From: an uncultured delta proteobacterium
GTDB lineage: Bacteria; Myxococcota_A; UBA9160; SZUA-336
Reading direction: 5' to 3'
NCBI GenBank assembly: GCA_963704165.1
Contig: CAVPHD010000001.1
Span: 448,001 to 512,000, forward strand
DNA length: 64,000 bases
In this document: one piece after another, positions 1-9,214 of the stretch
How the letters are laid out: each line of letters opens with the position of its first letter
How positions within the stretch are numbered: the first letter of the stretch is position 1
Position numbers and translations under genes: made by a program
The notes under the pieces: generated by a model
Database searches by the model: none
Told to the model about the DNA's origin: nothing
Seen by the model: only the letters and a program-made list of their open reading frames with translations

Positions 1-929
1 TCGTAATAGAACGCCGTCATCAGGACCACGGGGGTGTCCGGCGCCTCGCGACGCGCCGCCTGGAACAGCTCGTAGCCGTCCATCTCCGGCATGACGACGT
101 CCGACAGGACGACGTCGAAGTGCTCGGCACGGATGCGCTCGATCGCCTCGCGGCCGTTCCCGACCAGCGTGACCACACCCCCGTCGGCGCAGAGGATCTC
201 GGCCACCGACTCGCGCACGGCGGGGTCGTCGTCGACGACCAGGATCCTGCGGTTCTCGAGCGCCCCCGTGGTGGCGTCGGGCCGCTCGGACAAGTCGATC
301 ATCCGCGCCCGCCCGAGGTATTCGGTACTCGCGTACCTCTCCTGCCGAGCCATCTCGTTCAGGCGCCTCAGGTTCGCCTCGATCCGTCGGACCTCGGTGC
401 GGACCTTCGACAAGCGCTCGATCTCGGCGAGGTCGCCCTTTGCGCGAAGATGCCGCTCCAGCAGCGAGACCTGGCTCTCGATCACGGTGAGAGGGTTGTT
501 GATCTCGTGCGAGAGTCCGATCGCGACCTCGCCGAGCACCGCGAGCTGGTCGCGACGCTTGATCTCGGAGACGTCCTTCGCGAATCCGATCGTGCCTTGC
601 TCGACCTCGTCCGCGTCGTAGAGGATCACGCCGGAGATCGCGACGTCGATCTCGTGGCCGTCCTTGGCGACGAACGTGGTGGGGAAGTTGACGATGCGTC
701 CGGGCCCACCGTGCTCGGTGCTCCGCATCGCCGCCATCACGCGGCGGGCCTCCTCGATCGAAGGGTAGAGCTCGACGACGTACCGCCCGATGATCTCGAG
801 GCGGGAGTAGCCGAGGTTCTCCCGGGCACCGTCGTTGTAGTACTGGACCGCGCCGTTCGCGCCGGTCGCGACCACGATGTCGGGAGAAACCTCGATCAGG
901 CGCTCGAGGATCGCCCTGTCCAGCGGCAT
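1..929 (-). CDS. PAS-HisKA-receiver signalling protein; 3' end runs off the window; no HATPase between HisKA and REC
   Basis: Manual translation from ATG 929: PAS (MPLDRAILERLIEVSPDIVVAT...GFAKDVSE), H-box LSHEINNPLTVI, then REC RILVVDDD...FDVVLSDVVMPEMDG...VVLMTAF. Absent from the ORF track because there is no stop in the window. Confidence 0.9.
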   Translation of the reverse strand, partial: MPLDRAILERLIEVSPDIVVATGANGAVQYYNDGARENLGYSRLEIIGRYVVELYPSIEEARRVMAAMRSTEHGGPGRIVNFPTTFVAKDGHEIDVAISGVILYDADEVEQGTIGFAKDVSEIKRRDQLAVLGEVAIGLSHEINNPLTVIESQVSLLERHLRAKGDLAEIERLSKVRTEVRRIEANLRRLNEMARQERYASTEYLGRARMIDLSERPDATTGALENRRILVVDDDPAVRESVAEILCADGGVVTLVGNGREAIERIRAEHFDVVLSDVVMPEMDGYELFQAARREAPDTPVVLMTAFYY

Positions 930-976
930 CGGCGGCAGTCTACCGCGCACGAAGCGTGCGCCGCAACGCGTCAACC

Positions 977-3313
977 CTACATGACTTCGAGTCTCGGCTT
1001 GCCGAGCGCCGCACGTGCATCGCTCTTCCAGACCGTGATCGCGAGGTGATTCTCGTCGTCGGCGGAGAGCACGCCCCACGGCAGCCAGAAGCGGCGCTGC
1101 GGTCCACGTTCGATCCAGCAGCGACCCAGCAGCCACCCGTTCAGGTACAGGTTCGCCCGGCCGCGACCCGGATCGAACGCGAGCCCGAGAGCGGTGCGCT
1201 TGGGATCGATGCCTTCGAGGCGGAAGCTCGTCTCGTACAGGCCCACGCCTTCTGGACTTCCCGTCCAGCCGTGAGGGAGGACGAGCTCCGAGGTCCCACG
1301 GCGCTCCACCTCCGCGAAGTCGACCCGTGGCGTGAGCCCGCGTTCGCCGTGAACGAGCCCACCGCGGAAGCGCCAGTGCAGCCGCGACGCGCCGGTATCG
1401 AGCGAAACGATCCCACGGGGGTTCCCGAAGTCGTCTGCGAAGCCCTTGTTGTGCCCGAGGCTCTCGACCAGGATCACGATCACGTGTCGGCCGGCATCGC
1501 TTCGGAACGCCCGGCGCAGGTCGATCGCTCGGACGCGCGCGCCGTCGGCGCCAACGCCGAGCGTGTTTCGAAGCTGTGCCCCGGACGCGACGAGCCCCCC
1601 GTCGATCCAGACCGAATACACGTGGCGCGCGTCGAGTACGAGCCGGTCGAGTCGACCCTCGAACGTTCCTCGGTACCAGATGCAGCCGTAGTGCACGCCG
1701 AGCGTGTCGAGATCGATCCGGCCCCGCTCGACATCGCGCGCGGGGATCTCCGGCCAGGACGAGTCGTCGTACTCCGGCGCGAGCTGCGGGCTCGCGTTCG
1801 AGAAGCGCCAGGATTCGAGGCGCGGCACGAGCGGTGGAATCCCGCTCGAGGCGGCCGGAGCCTCGGGTAGCTCGGGGCTCACGGCGACGAGCGCGCGCGT
1901 CTGCTTGTCGTAGACACGGATCTGCGTCTCCCACGGCGCGAGCCAGGCGCGCTCACCTTCCGGGAGCTTCAGTTCGACACGTTCGCGTGTTGGGTTGCGC
2001 AGAAACGCATAGCGTCGCGAATCGCCGATGCGCGTCCGGAAATGTTGCAGGCAGGAGCGTTCGTGCTCGGGATCGAGTTCCGTCGCCGCGAGGTCCGCCT
2101 CGTGCTCGGCGAGGAACCGGTTCAGATTCCGCACCGCTTCGTGGCGCGCACCGGTCGCGCCGGATTCCGCGATCGGCGCTCCGTAGTCGTAGGAGCTGTA
2201 GACATCGGGACTCCCGAGGTATCCGAACGTGACGCCGCCGCAGTAGACGTAGTAGTTCCAGAGCGTGCCGCGGGCGGCGAGCGCGGCCTTGGTCGTCGCG
2301 TCGATCGAGTCGGCGCCGAGTCGTTCTCGGAGATGCGCGTAGCCGCCTCCGCCCCAACCGTCGTACCAGCCCGCCTGCAGCTCGGGGTAGAAGACGGGAT
2401 TCTCGATGCGACCGTGCGCGTCGAGCGCATCCTCGTCGACGGCGAAGTCGTCGAAGGTCGTGGGCCGCGAGCGCCAATCGCTCTCGAAGTCGGTGATCGG
2501 ATAGCGATCGATCGCGAGCAGATCGACATCGAGCTGGCGACCCGAGAGTGCCGCGACGTCGTTGTGAAAGATCGGAACCCGCACCCCGAGCCGCCTCGAC
2601 AGCTTGTAGAGCTCTCGCATGTAGGCGTTTCGCTGGCCGAGCTCGTCGCCCGGGTCGCTCGGTGGAGCCGCCGTGAGTGCGCGACGCCGGATCCATGGCG
2701 TGTTCGCGAGCCGCGCGAGTCGCTTCGATCCGAGCCAGCGGATCAGCAGATCCGCGAATCCGCTCGAGAGCATTTCGAGATGCGCGGGGACGGAGTACTC
2801 GTTCTCGATCTGGAAGAGCAGCAGGTTCTCGCGCGAGGCGATGCGCGGAACGACCGCGGCAAACCACTCGCGCACGGCTTCGAGGTAGGCCATCGAATAC
2901 GCGAAACCTCCGGATTTCCGGCAGCGAAGCACCACGGATGGATCGCGAAGCAGGTACGCCGGCAGACCACCGAGATCGACCTCGGCGCAGATGTAGGGTC
3001 CCGGCCGTGCAATCAGGTAGAGCCCCGCCTCCTCGATCAGATCGTGCAGGTGCTCGATGTCGCGAAGATCGGCAAAGTCGTACTCGCCCGCGCGCTCGCT
3101 GTGGAAGTTCCACGGATAGTAGACGTCGACGGCGTTCAGTCCGGCGTCCTTCATCTTGGCGATCCGGTCGCGCCAGAGCTCGCGCGCCGGCAGGCGGAAG
3201 TAGTGCAGCGATCCGGACCGGACGATCCGTCGCCGTCCATCGACCCGGAGGCTGTAGCGATCGAACTCGACCCGCAACGGGTTACTCGTTTGCCGCGAGC
3301 CAGCGCTCCGCAT
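977..3313 (-). CDS. Beta-galactosidase, glycoside hydrolase family 35 (true start possibly TTG ~3278)
   Basis: GH35 motifs SGSLHYFR, GLNAVDVYYPWNFH, RPGPYICAE, FQIENEY, PELQAGW, SYDYGAPI. Confidence 0.9.
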   Translation of the reverse strand: MRSAGSRQTSNPLRVEFDRYSLRVDGRRRIVRSGSLHYFRLPARELWRDRIAKMKDAGLNAVDVYYPWNFHSERAGEYDFADLRDIEHLHDLIEEAGLYLIARPGPYICAEVDLGGLPAYLLRDPSVVLRCRKSGGFAYSMAYLEAVREWFAAVVPRIASRENLLLFQIENEYSVPAHLEMLSSGFADLLIRWLGSKRLARLANTPWIRRRALTAAPPSDPGDELGQRNAYMRELYKLSRRLGVRVPIFHNDVAALSGRQLDVDLLAIDRYPITDFESDWRSRPTTFDDFAVDEDALDAHGRIENPVFYPELQAGWYDGWGGGGYAHLRERLGADSIDATTKAALAARGTLWNYYVYCGGVTFGYLGSPDVYSSYDYGAPIAESGATGARHEAVRNLNRFLAEHEADLAATELDPEHERSCLQHFRTRIGDSRRYAFLRNPTRERVELKLPEGERAWLAPWETQIRVYDKQTRALVAVSPELPEAPAASSGIPPLVPRLESWRFSNASPQLAPEYDDSSWPEIPARDVERGRIDLDTLGVHYGCIWYRGTFEGRLDRLVLDARHVYSVWIDGGLVASGAQLRNTLGVGADGARVRAIDLRRAFRSDAGRHVIVILVESLGHNKGFADDFGNPRGIVSLDTGASRLHWRFRGGLVHGERGLTPRVDFAEVERRGTSELVLPHGWTGSPEGVGLYETSFRLEGIDPKRTALGLAFDPGRGRANLYLNGWLLGRCWIERGPQRRFWLPWGVLSADDENHLAITVWKSDARAALGKPRLEVM

Positions 3314-4220
3314 CGAGAGCCGCCATGCAGCCCGTACCGGCGGCCGTCACCGCCTGCCGGTAGTGCGGATCCATCGCGTCGCCGCAGGCGAAGACGCCCT
3401 CGACGTTCGTACGCGACGAGCCCGGCTGCACGATCAGGTAGCCGGCGGCGTTCATGTCGAGGGTTTCGCGAAACAGACCTGTGTTGGGCTCGTGGCCGAT
3501 CGCCACGAACAGGGCGCCGACCGCGAGCTCCGACGACTCACCGCTGCGCAGGTCGCGAAGCCGAACGCCAGTTGCGGCTCGATCGTCGCCGAGTACCTCC
3601 GCGACCTCGCTGTGCAGGATGAAGCGGATCTTCTCGTGCCGGCGTGCGCGCTCCTGCATGATCCGGCTCGCGCGCAGCTCGCCGCGCCGATGGATCACGT
3701 GCACGACGGTGGCGAAGCGCGTCAGGAAGAGCGCTTCCTCGAGCGCGGTGTCGCCACCACCCACGACGGCGATCTCCCTGCCCCGGTAGAGCGCACCGTC
3801 ACAGGTCGCGCACGCGGAGACCCCGCGATTGGTGTACTTCGCTTCGGATTCGAGACCGAGCCACTTGGCCGTGGCTCCGGTCGCAACGATGACGCTGTCC
3901 GCCTCGAAACGCTGCGAGTCGGTCTCGATGCCGAACGGCCGACGACGGAAATCGACGGCGGTCGCGTCCTCGAAGAGCACGCGGGTGCCGAATCGCTCGG
4001 CCTGCTTCTGGAAGAACTCCATCAGCTCGGGTCCGGCGACACCCTCGGGAAAGCCGGGGTAGTTCTCGACCTCGGTGGTGATCATCAGCTGCCCGCCGAA
4101 TGCCGTGCCGCCGATCACGACGGGTGCGAGCTCGGCTCGGGCAGCGTAGATCGCGGCGGTGTAGCCGGCCGGTCCGCTGCCGATGATCACGAGCTTCTTT
4201 CGCTCGACGGGCTTCATCAC
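3282..4220 (-). CDS. trxB: Thioredoxin-disulfide reductase
   Basis: IIGSGPAGYTAAIY, GGQL, SACATCDG, GGGDTALEEA, YRQAVTAAGTGC. Confidence 0.97.
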   Translation of the reverse strand: MMKPVERKKLVIIGSGPAGYTAAIYAARAELAPVVIGGTAFGGQLMITTEVENYPGFPEGVAGPELMEFFQKQAERFGTRVLFEDATAVDFRRRPFGIETDSQRFEADSVIVATGATAKWLGLESEAKYTNRGVSACATCDGALYRGREIAVVGGGDTALEEALFLTRFATVVHVIHRRGELRASRIMQERARRHEKIRFILHSEVAEVLGDDRAATGVRLRDLRSGESSELAVGALFVAIGHEPNTGLFRETLDMNAAGYLIVQPGSSRTNVEGVFACGDAMDPHYRQAVTAAGTGCMAALDAERWLAANE

Positions 4221-4696
4221 GAGAAGCGGATCTCGCGGACCTCGTAGGAGCGACTCCCCGCGGGCACGACGACTTGTACTTGATCTTCGACCTGCTTGCC
4301 GATCAGCGCCCGCGCCACGGGGCTGCTCACCGAGAGCAGTCCCTTCGACACGTCGGCCTCGTCCTCGCCCACGATCCGATAGGTCACCTCGTCACCCGAG
4401 TCGAGATCTTCGAGCACGACGGTCGTGCCGAAGCGCACCCGATCCGGCGGCAGCCCGGAGCTGTCCACGACCTCGGCGCGCGCGAGCTTGTCCTCGATCT
4501 GGCGAATGCGCGCCTCGATCATTCCCTGCTTGTCCTTGGCGGCGTCGTACTCGGCGTTCTCGGAGATGTCGCCGTGCTCCCGGGCACGTCGGATCGCGTC
4601 GGAGATCGCCGGACGCTCCACGCCCTTCAGGCGCCGGAGTTCCTCCGCCAGCATCTCGTGCCCCTCTCGGGTCATGTGGACCTTCGTGGCCAACAC
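4217..4696 (-). CDS. greA: Transcription elongation factor GreA
   Basis: HGDISENAEYDAAK, YRIVGEDEAD, SPVARALIGK; GAGGAG RBS before GTG 4696. Confidence 0.96.
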   Translation of the reverse strand: MLATKVHMTREGHEMLAEELRRLKGVERPAISDAIRRAREHGDISENAEYDAAKDKQGMIEARIRQIEDKLARAEVVDSSGLPPDRVRFGTTVVLEDLDSGDEVTYRIVGEDEADVSKGLLSVSSPVARALIGKQVEDQVQVVVPAGSRSYEVREIRFS

Positions 4697-4813
4697 CGCG
4701 CTCCTCAGGCCCAAGGTTGGGTCGGCCGGATATCGCTGTCAACGCGACGTCCTCGGTTCACGAGCGGCCGATTGCACGGTAGACTCCCCTACCCTCGCCG
4801 AGGAGAGACGTCC

Positions 4814-6163
4814 GTGCTGAAGATCTCGCTACGCTCGATCGCCGCCCCCATGCTCGCCGCCTGCCTCGTCACGACCGCACTCGGGTGCGGGTCCGAGATC
4901 GAGACGAGCGCGCCGGGTTCTCCCGAGATCAAGGCTCTGCGCTTCGCGGGGGTGGACCTCGTCTACGCGCTCGAGCGCATCGCCGCAGAGGCGAAGCTGC
5001 CGCTCGCTCTCGATCAGATACGAACGGACGACGCCACGCCCGACCTCGCGCTCTACCGCGTCGACATCGACCTGCCCGCCGGCCCGCTCGATGTCGCCCT
5101 GCGCAAGCTGATCGCCGCCGTGGGCGGGCTCGACTACGAGATCAGGAACGGCGTCCTCTACGTGCGCAGCAACATGCTGGTGACCACGACGACACCGATC
5201 GACCAGCCGCTTCTTCCGAGCTCCAGCTTCAAGGGAACGATGGCCGATCTCACCCGGTACATCCTGGCGACGATCCCCTCGAGCTACGTCGTGATCGAGC
5301 GCGTGGTCGGTGATCCCGAGCCTCCGACGGTCGAGTTCGAGATCGCGGACAAGGCCAGCGTCAAGGACGTCTTCCTGCAGTACGCGCACGCCTCGAAGCT
5401 CGGTTGGACGATGTACCGTGCCGGTCAGAAGGTCGACGATCCGACGCACGGAGCCGCCATCATCGGTACCACGATCCAGGTGCGGTACCCGCGAACCTCG
5501 ACGTCACGACGGCCCCAGGTGTTCCAGTTGATGTGTACGACGAGCGCGCTCGCCGCCGCGTCCGCGCGACTCGGTGTTCCGTTCGTCGTGATGGATCGCT
5601 CCGTGCTTCTCGATACCCGCGGCTTCTTGAACCTGTCGAGTCAGAAGGAGCAGGGGCTGTCGCTCGAAGAGACGATCGAAGAGCTCGCGCAATCGGGCTG
5701 GGGTCCCGAGCGCTGGCATTTCAAGTGGAAGCTGGAGGATGGGGTGCCCGTGCTCGAGAGCCGGGACTACCTGCATCGCCTCGCGGGCCGTGACCTGTTC
5801 CGCGCGGAGCTCCTTGCGGGCGAGTTCGAAGGCAGCCTTCCGGAGCTTGCGCGCTGGGTCAACGCGCACATGAAGAAACCGACCCACGAGGTCCTGATGG
5901 GCGGCGAGATCGTGGAGGGAATGCCGCGCGGCAAGATGAGAATCGCACCCGGAACGACGCTCCAGCAGGCGCTGGTCGCGTTCGCGAAGAACTCGGGAGT
6001 GTCGGTCTACGTCGTGCTGGTCGGATCGCAGAACCCGCTCAGCGGAAAGCTGGTCTCGAACCCGAAGGCCTGGCAGGGCGCGTTCATCCAGGATCTGTCG
6101 GAATGGAAGAACACGGAAGAGGAACTCCGGAGAGCGAGCGGGGTCATTTCCTCCGAGAAGTGA
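4814..6163 (+). CDS. Putative lipoprotein with tandem STN/secretin-N0-like modules
   Basis: AGGAG RBS and GTG 4814; signal peptide ending ALGC; STN-like segment VDIDLPAGPLDVALRKLIAAVGGLDYEIRNGVLYV; two similar halves. Confidence 0.65.
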   Translation: MLKISLRSIAAPMLAACLVTTALGCGSEIETSAPGSPEIKALRFAGVDLVYALERIAAEAKLPLALDQIRTDDATPDLALYRVDIDLPAGPLDVALRKLIAAVGGLDYEIRNGVLYVRSNMLVTTTTPIDQPLLPSSSFKGTMADLTRYILATIPSSYVVIERVVGDPEPPTVEFEIADKASVKDVFLQYAHASKLGWTMYRAGQKVDDPTHGAAIIGTTIQVRYPRTSTSRRPQVFQLMCTTSALAAASARLGVPFVVMDRSVLLDTRGFLNLSSQKEQGLSLEETIEELAQSGWGPERWHFKWKLEDGVPVLESRDYLHRLAGRDLFRAELLAGEFEGSLPELARWVNAHMKKPTHEVLMGGEIVEGMPRGKMRIAPGTTLQQALVAFAKNSGVSVYVVLVGSQNPLSGKLVSNPKAWQGAFIQDLSEWKNTEEELRRASGVISSEK

Positions 6164-6173
6164 CGTCCGGCTG

Positions 6174-6419
6174 CTAGGTGAGCCGCTCCTCGAGTACGCG
6201 GATGATGTACCCGATGATCAGGAGATTCGGCAGGCGGCCTCGCACGTCCTCGAGATCGAGACCCTTGCGCATGCACTGGTCTGCAAACTGATCCGCATAC
6301 GACGCGAAGAACTCGAGCATGTCCATGCTCACGTTCTTCGCGAGCATCGTGTTGATGTCCGCGGAGTCGAGGTCATCGAACAGCTCGGTGAACTCCAGTG
6401 CGATCTCTCGTCCGGTCAT
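6174..6419 (-). CDS. Small acidic hypothetical protein (~81 aa)
   Basis: Protein-like composition, coding-like codon usage, own upstream promoter. Confidence 0.75.
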   Translation of the reverse strand: MTGREIALEFTELFDDLDSADINTMLAKNVSMDMLEFFASYADQFADQCMRKGLDLEDVRGRLPNLLIIGYIIRVLEERLT

Positions 6420-6493
6420 CTGCACGCACTCATCCGCGCGATTCCTTCGACTGTTGCGATCTCGACGGCAGACATCAGCCGTCGGGCGCGCCG

Positions 6494-6523
6494 ATCATGC
6501 CAGCGCGCGAATGCTCGAGTCAA
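6494..6523 (-). promoter_or_regulatory. Putative sigma70 promoter for the small 6174-6419 gene
   Basis: Minus strand TTGACT-18 nt-CATGAT with an extended -10 TG. Confidence 0.55.
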
Positions 6524-6611
6524 CGCCACTTCTTCTGGAATTCCGCGGACATGCGCGTTTCGTGCGCTTCACGAGCCGAGCTGCACAGGCGATTTCGACG
6601 CAAGTCCGTCG

Positions 6612-7181
6612 CTACAGGCTCGGCGGTTCTCGGCTTTCACGCGGCCGCGCGCGGAGCTCGATCTCGAGCGCGCTTTCGTCGTCGGGAATCGGGATCGCGA
6701 TCTCCAACAGCGACTCGCTCACGAGAACCGGCGCCCCCGTGCGCAGGGCCACCGCGATCGCATCGCTCGGCCGCGCGTCGATCACCAGCGAACGCCCGTG
6801 GGACTCCACCTCGATCGCCGCGTAGAACGTGCCCTCGCGCAGCTCGGTCACGAGCGTCCGGCGAACCCGACCCTCGAGGCGCTCGAGCAAGTCCTTCAAC
6901 AGATCATGCGAGTTGGGTCGCACGATCGGCTCGCGTCCGAGAGCGCGCGCGATCGAACCCGCTTCGAACTCGCCGATCCAGATGCGCAAGCTGCGCCCGC
7001 CCTCACCGTCTTCGACGAGACTCAGGACGGGGCTCTCGGTGCGCGGATCGAGCGCGACGCCCTCGACGTGCACGACACGGAGGGAGTCCTCCGAACTCAC
7101 CCGCTCGCACGCGAACACGACGAGCGCGCAGAGAATGAGCGTGGGAAGCGGCAATCCCCTCGAGACGAAGATGCGTCGCAC
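6612..7181 (-). CDS. Bifunctional nuclease family (DUF151) protein with an N-terminal lipoprotein-like signal
   Basis: LRIWIGEFEA, RPNSHDLL, GTFYA, IDARPSDAIAVALR; N-terminus LILCALVVFAC. Confidence 0.88.
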   Translation of the reverse strand: MRRIFVSRGLPLPTLILCALVVFACERVSSEDSLRVVHVEGVALDPRTESPVLSLVEDGEGGRSLRIWIGEFEAGSIARALGREPIVRPNSHDLLKDLLERLEGRVRRTLVTELREGTFYAAIEVESHGRSLVIDARPSDAIAVALRTGAPVLVSESLLEIAIPIPDDESALEIELRARPRESREPPSL

Positions 7182-7274
7182 GACATCCCTCCCAGGCTCG
7201 CCCCCGCAGTGGCAACGATACCACGCCCTCCCGCGTGGAGGAGCGCGCTCGCGCTTCGGTGTAAGCTCGGCGCG

Positions 7275-8123
7275 ATGGCTGCTGCGCGGACCCTCACCGC
7301 ACTCGTGCTCGGCGCGATCACGCGCGACCTGAACGGCGACGGCGAGGGCTCGCCTGGAGGGGTCGTCCACTACGCGGGGCGCGCGTTCGCCGCGCTCGGC
7401 GCGCGAACGCGCGTGATCACGCGCGTTCGCGAGACGGATGCCGAGGTGCTGCTCGCACCGCTCTTCGAGGCCGGGGTCGAGGTTCGCGCCCTGCCGAGCG
7501 CGGCAACCACGACCTACGCGAACGACTACAGCGGTCCCGAGGACCGGCACGACCTGCTCGCCGCATCGGATCCGATCGGCCCTGGAGATCTGCCCGCATC
7601 ATGGCGCAGCGCGGACGCGATCCACCTCGGCCCTTTGCATCGGCGTGACCTGCTTCCGGAAACGCTGGCTGGGCTCTCGGGCTTCACCGGAATCGATCTT
7701 CAGGGTCTGGTGCGGATTGCCGACGCGCGTGGCACGCGATTGGCGCCGAATCCGGACCTGAAAGATCACCTCGCGCACGTCGCCGTCGCAAAGGCCAGCG
7801 AGGAGGAGCTCGCGGTCCTGCTCGACGGTCGCAGTCTCGAAGCGTTTCGCAGCGCACACGGACTCTCCGAGCTGCTCGTGACGCGAGGTGAGCGCGGCGC
7901 TCTCGTCGTGACACGCTGGCGTGTCGAGGAGATCGCGACGCCGCGCGTGCCGCGGTGCTTTCCGGTCGGCGCCGGTGACGTGTTCCTCGCGGCATATCTG
8001 TTCGCGCGCGCGAGCGAACGGAATCCGGCGACCGCCGCCCGATTCGCGGCACGCACGAGTGCAGAACACGTTCATCACGGCCGGGTCTCGGCCGCGGTCG
8101 AGCTCCGTGAGGCTGGGTCGTGA
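7275..8123 (+). CDS. PfkB/ribokinase family carbohydrate kinase
   Basis: LGAITRD, PGGVVHYA, VTRGERGA, VGAGDVFLAAY. Confidence 0.85.
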   Translation: MAAARTLTALVLGAITRDLNGDGEGSPGGVVHYAGRAFAALGARTRVITRVRETDAEVLLAPLFEAGVEVRALPSAATTTYANDYSGPEDRHDLLAASDPIGPGDLPASWRSADAIHLGPLHRRDLLPETLAGLSGFTGIDLQGLVRIADARGTRLAPNPDLKDHLAHVAVAKASEEELAVLLDGRSLEAFRSAHGLSELLVTRGERGALVVTRWRVEEIATPRVPRCFPVGAGDVFLAAYLFARASERNPATAARFAARTSAEHVHHGRVSAAVELREAGS

Positions 8124-8560
8124 ACACACGCTCGGTCGCCATCCTGATCGCGGGAGCGACTCTCGTTGGCTGCCTCGGCACGCTGCACATCGATCCGCAG
8201 GCGGCCGAACCGCCGCCGACGCCCGTTCCCGATCGCTTCGAGTCGGAGGGGGCTCCCGAGCTCGTGCCCACCGACGTCGAGGGCTGCCAGGCCGCACCGT
8301 CGCTCGATCCGACGCTGTACTACTGCACCGAGGGTGAGCATTGGTACCGCTTCGCGATGAACCGCTGGTACCTCGCGTTCGCCTGGAACGGGAACTGGTT
8401 TCCCGTGACGACCGCGGAGCTTCCGCAGGGATTGCGGAAGATCACGCCCCAGACGCAGGTCGAGACCGTGAAGACGCGCGAGGAGCGTCTCGAAGAACTC
8501 GAGCGGAAGCTCGAGGCACTCGACGACGAGGACCTAGACGGCGAGGAGCAGGCGCCTTAG
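8120..8560 (+). CDS. Hypothetical lipoprotein with a Trp/Tyr-rich core and C-terminal coiled coil
   Basis: GTGA overlap with the upstream gene; lipobox LVGC; acidic coiled-coil tail. Confidence 0.7.
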   Translation: MNTRSVAILIAGATLVGCLGTLHIDPQAAEPPPTPVPDRFESEGAPELVPTDVEGCQAAPSLDPTLYYCTEGEHWYRFAMNRWYLAFAWNGNWFPVTTAELPQGLRKITPQTQVETVKTREERLEELERKLEALDDEDLDGEEQAP

Positions 8561-9214
8561 CTCCTCGACCGAGGCCGCGAGCGAGGTCGGCGCGGCGGCC
8601 CGCAACTCCTCTCGAGTGCCATAGCCCCAAGCCACGGCGATCGCGTCGATGCCGTTCGCGCGCGCCCCATGCACGTCGTGCATCCGGTCGCCAACCATCA
8701 CCGCACGTTCGGGAGCTTCCCCTCTAACGCCGACGAGCGCCGCGCTCACGACCTCTGTCTTCTCGACACGCGTACCATCGAGGTGACTTCCGACGACCAG
8801 ATCGAAGTGCTTGGTGAGATCGAAGTGCTCGAGGATGCGTTCTGCGAAGACCGTCGGCTTCGAGGTCGCCAGGCAGACGCGGCGCCCCGACTCCCTCAAC
8901 TCCCGGAGCAGGGACGGAATTCCCGCGTAGACCTCGTTCTCGTAGATTCCCCGCTCCGAGAAGTACTCGCGGTAGTCGTCGACCGCGCGCCTCGCTTCGA
9001 CGGCGTCGAAGCCGAGCCGCTCTCGAAACGACTGTTCGAGCGGCGGGCCGATGAACGGTTCGAGTTCGTCCGCATCGGGCGGGGTGATCCCGCGTTTGCG
9101 AAGCGCGTACTGAACGGATCGGGTGATGCCCCGCTTCGGATCGGTGAGGGTTCCGTCGAGATCGAAGAGCACCGCACGCCAACGGGCGAGTTCCGGCGCG
9201 CCCGCTCCGGTCAC
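8534..9214 (-). CDS. HAD-family hydrolase (phosphoglycolate phosphatase/5'-nucleotidase-like)
   Basis: LFDLDGTL, FIGPPL, ATSK, MVGDRMHD. Confidence 0.9.
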   Translation of the reverse strand: MTGAGAPELARWRAVLFDLDGTLTDPKRGITRSVQYALRKRGITPPDADELEPFIGPPLEQSFRERLGFDAVEARRAVDDYREYFSERGIYENEVYAGIPSLLRELRESGRRVCLATSKPTVFAERILEHFDLTKHFDLVVGSHLDGTRVEKTEVVSAALVGVRGEAPERAVMVGDRMHDVHGARANGIDAIAVAWGYGTREELRAAAPTSLAASVEELRRLLLAV

